From: Ruditapes philippinarum
Taxonomy: Eukaryota
Direction: 5' to 3'
Assembly: GCF_026571515.1 (NCBI RefSeq)
Contig: NW_026864328.1
Span: 1 to 64,000 of the forward strand
Length of the DNA stretch: 64,000 nt
Under the pieces are notes generated by a model. That model searched no databases and had not been told where the DNA came from. It saw only the letters and a list, made by a program, of their open reading frames with translations. The stretch's first letter is position 1. The number at the start of each line of letters is the position of its first letter. Of the stretch, positions 54,182-64,000 are shown piece after piece. The position numbers and the translations under genes were made by a program.

Positions 54182-57100
54182 ATATTGAAGAAATATGTTC
54201 GTGACCTGAGTAGGCCTCAAAGCCATAATTTATGAAAGAGTGACAGAGACCTTAATTATAGAGCCACTGCTCTACTAGCTGCATTATACAAGTTTTGAAA
54301 ATATTATTACATTATAAAAAAAAAGAATATATCAGAAATACAGGTGGACCAAAATATCTTGCTCAAAAGTAAATATTTTAGGCAAAAAGTACTGTTCCAG
54401 TATATCAGTTGATTAAGCGAGAGCGGGTTATTTCGGTCTTAATGGAAGCCTGTTCTTAACCGTTACATTTGAAATATAGTTGTAGTTATTTTTTTAATGT
54501 AAATCTATAAAAAGTGAGTTTATACTCTCAGTAATTCGATTGCGTGTTGCTACTTTAATTTACTTTCACATTTAATAGCTAGTAATGCTGGGATTCAAAA
54601 TGCAATTAAGAAAATTAATTTAGACTCTCTTTTCTAAATTCAGTATATATTCTAGAAAACACTCAGTACAGGTTTTACATTAAATGCAGTCATAGGATGT
54701 TTCTTAATATGTAAACTATGAACAGATTTCATAATATATACAAACGCTGACGCAGCACATGCGTGATAAAGCAAAATAAAGCATACTTTAATATTCGATA
54801 ACAGACACCCTTGAAAGGAAATGATTAATTTTGTATGAAATTTATGTAACATTTTCATCATTAAGTATATTTCAACTTTTTGTTTCGTTTTATGCATGTT
54901 TTATGCTAAAACCAAATTTGTAGCACGCAAGGAAGCGATGTTTACTCTGTCAGCAAAGGGAACAGTCTTGTTTTAAAAGTAAGCATTCCCAGTCTTGGGA
55001 AAAGAATGGTTTAATTGAAAATGTATATAATGTTTACAGACGAGAAAGTACTTTAAGGAAGCGTTCATCTGTGAAATCTTGATATTGGTAATAATTATTT
55101 TGCAAACACGAGAAGTACACACATCTCAAGACAGAAATCTCAAAAATTTGAAGAAAAAAAATCAGACACTTCTTGAATTAAAATCCCATATACAAGAAAA
55201 TTTGTACAAAAATATTTAACGAAATGTTAATTAGAACAAATATACATGTAAGTGTAAATGTCACCTTGTGTAATCTGGTTGAATAAATAACTGGTTACAG
55301 ATAAAATATTTTTTCTTTCCAGATTCATATTTTTATTCATTGATGACTCAATTGACTTCATATATCTCTACGACAAGTTATCTTTAAGCCTTAGGTTTGT
55401 TTAAACTCGATAATTGGTTTATTAGGCGATACATTTCCATTAAATCAATAAAAACGGCAATTAATTTATAATCAGTTACCGATGTCAACAATGACTGACA
55501 GCAGAATTTAATGGTCTGTCAACCGATCATCTCGAAAGCAATAAATTAATTCCTTGGTTTGACATTGTCAATTAAAACTTTAAATAACTATTATTTTGAC
55601 ACAATTTTTATGTAATGCACAGACAATACACAACGTTACTACTCTTATAATACTATGTTTTTAAGAGTTTTTACGCAAATGTAATATAGGTTTCAGCTTT
55701 CGACAATGTAAGGCATTTATAATTATCTTATTTTTAATCATTTCTGATAACGACAAAAAAATGAGTTAACATATTGCGTATAGAATAAACGTCAGTAACA
55801 CAGGCCCATCTAACATGCACTTCTACTGTAAAAATGAGCGGCATGCAAGTAAAGGTAGAAGTCTTATGACTTAATAAGATCTAAAAAAAATGGGATGGCT
55901 CATCACAAACTATAAGTATATAAAATAACACTTCCTGGTTCTAATTGTGGAAAACGAATTTAAAACAAACATGTCAGAGTGATGAAAAAAACTAAACACG
56001 TGACAAGGAAGGCACAAATAAAATAAAAAGAGAACATGCAAAAGAAGTGAGTGACCTTTACATTCCACGGATATGTAATTATATAATACTAAACTATTTT
56101 TGTATTTTTATCTTAAAAGTTTTAAAGAGTCTTTGTGCTAATTGATCCTTTAATGCACTTTCAAGCAGCTTTTAAAGATCAAATGATGATAAAATTGAAC
56201 GTTTCGATAACTTGTTCGGATGTTTTAAATGTTGATACTCATATTTTTCAAGTGTAATTACATTTGTAATGTAAGGTTAATGTTCAACTTCAACCCAAGT
56301 TCTTCCATTATTATTTCAGAGTAACTATTTTAAGTGCGTATCACTTCAATGTCAATTTCACAAACAATTTATGTATACAAAATGAACAACAACAAAAAGA
56401 AGAAGTAAAAAAACAAAAGAAGGAAAAAAGCAATAACAGATCATTAAAAACTGTAAAAAGCGTATGAAAACATAAATTAAGTTAACCTGGGTTCGAATAG
56501 ATTTTTTGAAAGCTAACAACTGTAAAAATGATAAATGTAATGTGTATGTGTGCTCATGTAATGCCTTCGAACTGCAGAAAAAGCACAAACTTTTTTTTTT
56601 AATCGTATTGAACAGCGGATAAAAGGTGACTATGGTGCCTGTCAATGTTGTTAAGAGTGGCAAATTAAAATCATTTAACATGTTAATGTGCAAAAAAATT
56701 ACCGTAGAAATGAAAAAGCTACAAGCAATTTGTTGCTCCCGATAAAAAAGATATTGATGAAAAGCTGCCTGTAACTGTAGAAAGTATGCACTTTGTTTCC
56801 AGATTTTAGGAAGAATGGCAAAATTGGTATGTTAATAATAAGACTAAGTTCGAAAATAGTAAATGTTCTGCACAGCATTCTGATCATCATAACTATATAC
56901 GCTAGTCTCGGATATGCAGGTTCTGATGCCCTTCCGAAATTCCTTTTCATTTAATTTTGTTCACGTTGAGGGCATACCCCTTTTGTCTGCTTGGGAAACA
57001 TATACCGTTTTTTATGGAATGGCACTATCGTGACGATTTAATGGTTCCATGATAGCCGCCATATGAAAACAGCTGCGAATGTATTAAAATATAAAAAAAT

Positions 57101-59571
57101 ACCAGTTCATGATAAATGTTGAATTCGGCTTAAGCCAGTGCAAGGGGGGAGGGGGCGTGGACGTATAGTGAACCAAGTAAATAGTTTACACATTGCAAAC
57201 GGCACTTACAACTCATGTTAAGAACTAAAACGCGGTCAAAATATGCAAAAAAATAACCCTTACGTTAACAATACGTTGAAAATACTGCAATATAGTTAGT
57301 GTATTTCACATAACAAGGAAAGTATTACTTTTATAGTGATGAATCTTTTATAATTTATTTTTCTTAAAATCTCAGAAGATTATTCTCATGTTTGATTTTC
57401 TTGAAATAGTTTGCCTCATCTTGAGGCATGCAGCTTTAAATCAGACGAACGAAGTGACATCGATAAATGAAATGCGGAATGGAAATGAAAACCACATCAA
57501 AGATAATGATAAAAAACAGTTTAGAACAGTTTTATATACTTATTAATAAATGATACTTATTTCAGGTTTGCGATAAGAACATGTTTTTATCAAGAATTCG
57601 TTGTAAGTATGTCATAATATGTGTTAAACTGTTAAGTATCAGTAACGCCAAACATTAATACTATAACATATATCTAAAATGAAAGGAAAAGAGTATTATT
57701 ATTTTTATGTTGGCACTTTCACTGCTGATTTTATTGTCACTTTATCCATATCTAAAGTCAATTACCGTTTTTAATGCGTCTTCCTTAAAAAAATGTTATC
57801 TTAATCTCAAATACTTTCTTTTCTTTCCTATGGTTTTTGTTGCTATTAAAGCTCTATATCTCTGCAGGTAGATGCTTTCAATTATCACAATAGCTGTCAA
57901 GTTTAACATTATACCGCAAATTCTTCACTGTTCGGATATTGTTATTGACGCTCGTTACAACAAAGTGAAATGCCAATTGTTTTATTGATAAAGTTTCCCA
58001 GCTAGTGCATCAGTTTAATATACTAATGGGTCATTTGAATTTCAAAAAAAAGTAATTATAAGTTGTTCAATAAAGAGTCATACACATTTTTCTTCTTTTT
58101 AGATTAAAGAACAAGAAATGCATACGTCCATTTCACATGGGTTAACATTTTAAAGATTGCGTAAATAATTAAGTTAAATTCCGGTCTCAAAAACATTGTC
58201 TGCAGCCAAGTACCTAATTGTAAGCTGTTGCAACAATTTTATTATAATACTAGTCTTGTTTATTTTCTTATTGATATTGTGAATGCGTGTATCACAAACC
58301 TAAACGGAGTACATCGTTTTTGAAAAATGTTCAGTTTATATTAACATTCAATTTGTACGTTCTACAATAACCCTTCAAACTCATACTATCTTTAACACTC
58401 ATTACGAGCATTTAATTTAATTTGTAAATTAAACTAATCATATTTAGAAATTATCCAATATTCAATATTTCAAAATTCATGTGTTAAATGTAATATATAA
58501 GATGCAGCATCAAGTGTTTTGAAGAGATTCAATAAAGCACATTGTATGAAGTAATTATTATAAATAAGTAAAGCTTAGCGGTTTTGAATAATTTTCATTT
58601 TTAACTCTATCTCAAGTTAAGGATCATTTTCTATTTACATTTAATCGCACTGTCCTTATGCATTTAATTAGCCTCCGATTTTTATATATATTTGAGAAAT
58701 GAACTTAAAATAAATCACAAATAACATTAATTTATCGATGGTATCACCGAAATGTTACCATTTTTATGTAGATGATGATAATTCATGTAAATCTTTTTTA
58801 AAATAACAGTTTAATGTTTTTGGACGCATGATCTATAGAGCCTTGTTATACTTCCTTGATTTTTACATCATTGATGTGAATGCAAACAATGTTATCCGTT
58901 AATTGCATAGCATTTCTTACGGATTAAAGATTAACATAAACCATGCTAACTATTTTATCAATGGGTTATCAATTCATCAATGCAAGCAAATCTCTTTCAT
59001 CACTTCTTGGGAAACTTTCATAATACATTCAAACTGAAAAACGATCTTGTATCTTGCTCTCTGTAATGATGGTTTTAACAACACAATGCTATAAAATATT
59101 GAGATAACACAAATTCAGTTAATCATTATAAATAATATTCGAACAATCAATTCGTACATGGAGAAAACGACATTTGTAAATATGTCACGATGTATTAGAT
59201 TTATCGTAACTCGCACTGAATTGTTACCAATTTAATGCAATATGCAGAAGAAAGAAATTACATTGTTGCAGAAGAATGGCAAAATTGCAATTCATTCTTT
59301 TAATGATAGATGGCTCGAGCAATATATCTTACTTCAATTTGTCATCATCGTTTAGCCTTCGTAACAATATAAATCAGTGGAAATACATACCTTGCCATTC
59401 ATTTTAAGAATGCGATATTAATACTTTGATAAATTGAATCATAATAATCAGCTATAATAATAGATTGTTTTTGCTTATATTTAATTTTTAATTTTGAACC
59501 CTTATAATCTAGACACATTTCTTGACACAAATATGTATCAATATCAATCATCACTATTTGATACAAATGTA

Positions 59572-59897
59572 GGGGCCTCCGTGGCCGAGTGGTTAAGGTC
59601 GCTGACTTGAGATCACTGGTCCCTCACCGCTGTAGGTTCGATTCTCACTTGGGTCGAAATCTTTCATGTGAGGAAGCCATCCAGCTGGCTTACGGAAGGT
59701 CGGTGGTTCTACCCGGGTGCCCTCTCGTTCCTCAAATAATGCACGGAGGGGCACCCGGGGTCTTCCTCCACCAATAAAAGCTGGAAAAAAGTCGACGAAA
59801 AAAATCTCGGCGGGACGCTCTAGGATGGCCCGACGTGAGTGTACGGTCGCCCATATGGGCTTTCCGGCGGCGACCTTAAATAAACGCATTAAAAATA
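59572..59897 (+). mobile_element. Full-length tRNA-derived Meta-domain SINE
   Basis: tRNA(Ser/Leu)-like head with A box TGGCCGAGTGG (59582-59592) and B box GGTTCGATTC (59635-59644). Central domain shared with 12387-12557. GC-rich 3' tail followed by an A-rich end. Possible degenerate TSD ttgataca. Confidence 0.9.
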
Positions 59898-62577
59898 ATT
59901 GATACATAATTAGCATGACTGTGTACGATTTCGTGTATTATTTTTATATAAGTTCTGAAAACAAAACATAATTATAGCGATGGTGTTAGAAAACAACCCC
60001 TAACAAATTCGTCAAACAAACAGCTTTAGAGCTATCTAATAAAAGTATATATTAAATAGTTTAGTAAATAGAATTATTATAGCAGATATTTCCTAACTGA
60101 GTTTTTACAGTTAACAGGTAAATCGAAATAAAGTAAAAAATCAATATATATTCCTTTTTCTTTTATTTGATTTAAAACCTAAATTAATCATAGTGTTATC
60201 TATGTTCGACTGTGGTAACATTTATTACTTTATCAGACCTAATAAATTTTGATAAGATGAACATTCAATGAAGATGTTTATCTGAAAAGAGAAAAAAAAC
60301 ATCATTTAAATTGACTTTTATTCGGGAAACCAGAAAATTATTTTCAGATAATAAGGACGTAAATTAGGTCTTACGAGTTGTGAAAATCTATTAACTTCCA
60401 TGTTATAATTGTATAAAAACAATAGAGTAAATATGAAATCATATTTCTCAAAAATTAATGTGATTGCTTTTGTTGATCGGTAATTATAGAAATAAGTCAG
60501 GCAGGAAAGGTATTACCATACTGGCGTCCATAAGCCAAAACCTATTTCAGTTAGTTCCAACTGGCACAATCATTAAATTTTGTGCGTGAAACCAATTCAT
60601 GCATGACTTTCATCGCAAGCCCCTAACATTATATGATTGATTATGTTTAATTATTTTCTCTAGTATTCATATTAAACCAAAAAAGAATTATTTAATAATT
60701 TCTATTGAGATGATTATGCGTTCTTGTGCCTGAATGTAGATTGTTGATAGACAGAAAGTTTCACCGTACTGTTACAGAGACTTGCGGTGTGAAAAAAAAA
60801 TGTTTTATTATTTATGAATATAAGTGCACACTGGCAAATAAATGATTAAAAATTATTAAAACAGATATAAGTTTATGTATACAATAACAAAACGTGTTTA
60901 ATTAAATATGACACTTACTCTCATATAAAAGTATGTGAATAATTGATTACATGTACAAGTACTTCTGAAAAAGAACTGATCCCTGCTTACGTTGAAATGT
61001 TATATTTTTTAATAAAAAAATCAAGTGGCATTATTTAATATTTGTCTTGCTAATTAAACGCAATGGACTTGTAAAATGAATGATTGAAATATAGAATGTT
61101 TTTAATTAATCTTAATTTTTAAAATTTCTGCAAGCAAATGTCGGCATGGAAGTAATTGTAATAACGATTTTAGCTAACTTTATTTAAAAGATTACATCTT
61201 GTAGCCCTGAAATAAATATCAAATGTGTTATTTTTCTTTCTGGAAAGGAGGTTATCAATAAGATGTTATATTTTTAATCATCTCTCAATGAAACCATTGT
61301 TAAATGTTAAAACTATAGATTACGTTAGTTCAAAATCAAATCAAGTCTGTCCTACATAATATACTAATACTTTTCCGCAAAGTAAAATGATACAATATAA
61401 GAAAATTCGATATGGTTACTCTTTGACGAGTACACTTACCCCAACAATTATAATGCATAGAAAATGAATATTCAATTGATTAGCTATTACTATATTGATC
61501 TTAAAATGTCCATTATGCGTCGAAAATGAAATTTATTTTATTTCGAAAAAACAAGTTAATGTTTGGTATTCATTTACTATTTCCATAGAGAAACTCATTT
61601 GAAAGATGCACGGACTACATTTTGCTATTTTAGCTCTGTGTGCGAAATTAATAAAATTACTACAGCGAATGAGTTTTTTTGTAGGAAAGTCGAGCGCTAA
61701 TTTCTTCAATTGTTAAACATTTTAAAAGCTGTTAAGACGATACGTATTCGTTATTAAAACACGTTGATATTTCATCACGGAAATAAAAAATATGGATTTT
61801 TCAGGCATATTGTGCCTTTGAAGAATGTTTTGTAAAAGTATTTTTATAATTCAACTTCAATTTTATGTGTCTGCACAATGTTCTTGTATTTTTGTCTGTA
61901 TTGTGCATTTGCCCATTTAATGCCATATTAAATGAGAACGTACTATTAACCGGTATAGACACCACCGTACATACTTATGGTTTTATTGCACTGGGATATT
62001 GGTGGAAAATATGATATATCAGTTTTTCATTAGATTTGTCTCATACGCAACATAGATAAAGAATAATTTACTAGGTTTATTTGATTTGTATAGATACTTT
62101 TTTCCAGAGGGACAGTATAATATTTTATATTATTCCAGTGAAAGATTTGTAAAGAAGGTAAAATTTTGTTAACCCATCTAATTGAAATTACATCTTTTTA
62201 CAAAGGATCATTGCTCATCAATGTTTGTGTCCTTGACAATGACAAATAGTGTTTTCCCAATGAAAGATAGACAAGTCCCTTTTTAACATATGTAACGTGG
62301 TAAATGTTTTTAAGTTTGTTTAAAAAGAGCAAGACATAAACTGTATATCAAAAATAACTGTAAAGCGATTGTCTCTGGTTTTTGAAGTATTTCAAGACGT
62401 ATTCAAATGTTCGCTTATTCTAGGCAAATACTAAATCCGCCTCTCTCGTATTCAGATAGAAAACGAAACAAATTTCGTTTGTCAGTACATTGCATGTTAA
62501 GTTATAATTGATAAAAAAATGTTAGAAATGTTAAAACTGTATTATGACCACAAGATGGCTGATGATAATAGGACGTT

Positions 62578-62698
62578 TTAACAGTTGTGTGTATACTGGC
62601 CAGGTACACAGCTGTCAAACTTATAGTAGACGAAGCTGAAGCTGGTATTGGGGTTGTGGTTGTGTACGACTCCAAAATAATAAGTATTGCTCTCATCA
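62578..62698 (-). CDS. Possible terminal coding exon or decayed coding fragment (DESNTYYFGVVHNHNPNTSFSFVYYKFDSCVPGQYTHNC*)
   Basis: Locally GC-richer. Open frame after tatacag ending in TAA. Weak polypyrimidine tract; no recognised family. Confidence 0.15.
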
Positions 62699-64000
62699 CT
62701 GTATAATTACCTCTTTATTTCATATGCTTTGACATAATGACAGAACTTTGTAACTTCAAGTACAGAAATGTTTTAATATACATCGTTTAATCTAAGAATG
62801 ACAGAGAGGTTTGATGGAGTATGATGGAGTGCATTTGGAATAGATTTTTTTTAACTCTATAAACGACAAGGAGGCTATATATTTTTTTATACTCTGGAAG
62901 TGGACACGATGCAAAATTCATAAAATTGATACTGATATTTATTGGAACATGACGTGGTTCAAACGTTGAATGTCCATATTGTTCTTTACTTTAAACCTTT
63001 ATAGAAATGACATGTGCAGTGCTTACATTTGGCTGTCATCCTTCAATGCAAATTCAATGCAATTTTAAGGTTAAAATCATTTTTGTAGCAAAGAACAGAT
63101 CCAAAAAGGCATTGGAAATCTCATCAGAAAGTGTGCAGTAAATAATTATATTGAACAATAATACATATGCGTTTTACCGATGCTAAATTAAAGAACATAT
63201 TTTGGATGTTAAAATAAAGATATCAAGATAAAGAAATCAATCAGTGGCTTTGCATGGGATAAAACGAAATTTAATTAACGGGATACTTGGACATGGACGA
63301 CAAAAATATTAAATTGATATTATTTACTCGAATCATGCTAAAATGCCATTTTTAAAAGTCATAACATGAATTGCTATATAAATACAAAGCACTATAATAT
63401 ATTTTGAGCTTGAAGCGTAATTACACCTATACATTCTGAAATTAGACGCCGACAGTTACCGATTAGTTTTAAAACAAGTCATGTACTAGATAAACCTCGG
63501 GAAATAACAATAACAGATATTAAGATATTGTCTGATTGAAATAAATCTTAGTCGTTCATTTGGCAGGTACTTTAACAACGTTTTCATAGTTCTCTATAAC
63601 AACTTGCAAATAACTAGCAATAACAATAAGTAATCTAAAATGCTCAAATCTGACCCGCGTGGGTCATGTTAGGAAATCACAAATTCTTTAATAGGAGAAA
63701 AGTTTTGTTCCAGTGACTGCTTAGTGTCATTATTTCAAAAACATTTATAGAATATTGAAAGAAAAATTCAAATCGAAGAAATGAAAATTTTGCCCCTTAA
63801 ATGATTAAATGAAAAAGACTGAAAGAAATAAAATATTGCCTTAAAAAGAATTAGTTCTCGTGATTTGTATGCAACAAAATACATCAGGTATAAAATGAAG
63901 TAAATGTATACTGGGTACAATGTTTTATTGTTCAAAGTATAATTACTGTTATAATGCTAGGTTAATGTACAACTTCAAGTGAACGTTTTTTTATAACTTC

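Larger units (their letters stand above)
35030..59445 (-). repeat. Right arm of the inverted segmental duplication (partner ~4010-26700)
   Basis: Same anchors read in reverse complement. Similarity starts at tattatttgctgttacc (35031) and fades at ~59442, just before a full-length SINE. Confidence 0.95.

Noticed and set aside
4010-59445. A single giant foldback/Polinton transposon, or simple allelic haplotigs
   Set aside because: No TSD, terminal motif or coding core was seen. The divergence, the many arm-specific TEs and the four-copy sub-block exceed what two alleles would explain. Read data are still needed to exclude mis-assembly fully.
59572-59655. Functional tRNA gene
   Set aside because: The acceptor and T stems pair poorly and the sequence runs directly into a SINE body; it is a SINE head.
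59589-59916. Three overlapping ORFs
   Set aside because: A by-product of the GC-rich SINE.
89-62699. The 60-111 aa ORFs in the supplied track as genes
   Set aside because: Low-complexity I/F/L/K/N composition typical of AT-rich DNA, and frames are not preserved between paralogous copies (e.g. 89-292 vs 22660-22890; 25470-25667 vs 30304-30504 vs 36448-36708).
63651-63666. Short hairpin tgaccc-gcgt-gggtca
   Set aside because: An isolated 6-bp stem with no associated element ends.

Overview
AT-rich eukaryotic, essentially non-coding DNA, most likely from a bivalve mollusc. That assignment is inferred from Meta-domain tRNA-SINEs and a pearl/HINE-type Helentron element carrying internal satellite-like repeats. 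None of the supplied ORFs resembles a real protein. The dominant structure, invisible in the ORF track, is a diverged ~55-kb inverted segmental duplication: left arm ~4010-26700 and right arm ~35030-59445, collinear in reverse complement, roughly 80-90% identical by eye. A ~4-5 kb sub-block occurs four times: A 1-2770 (+), L ~22075-26460 (+), B ~29290-34970 (-) and C ~35280-39300 (-). Its indel-sharing pattern fits no single tree, which suggests recombination or conversion between copies. Each arm shows the empty site of the other, so several post-duplication insertions can be delimited closely: hAT MITE, P-like element, TTAA/Kolobok-like MITE, 5'-truncated SINE, hairpin-ended element and HINE. 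The arms also contain islands of much higher identity (candidate enhancers), older nested repeat modules including a hairpin with an apparently covarying stem, and one arm-specific patch with a candidate TATA/Inr promoter and a small MGxCxSK ORF. There is one assembly gap (50633-50906). All identities are visual estimates; no alignment or database search was run.
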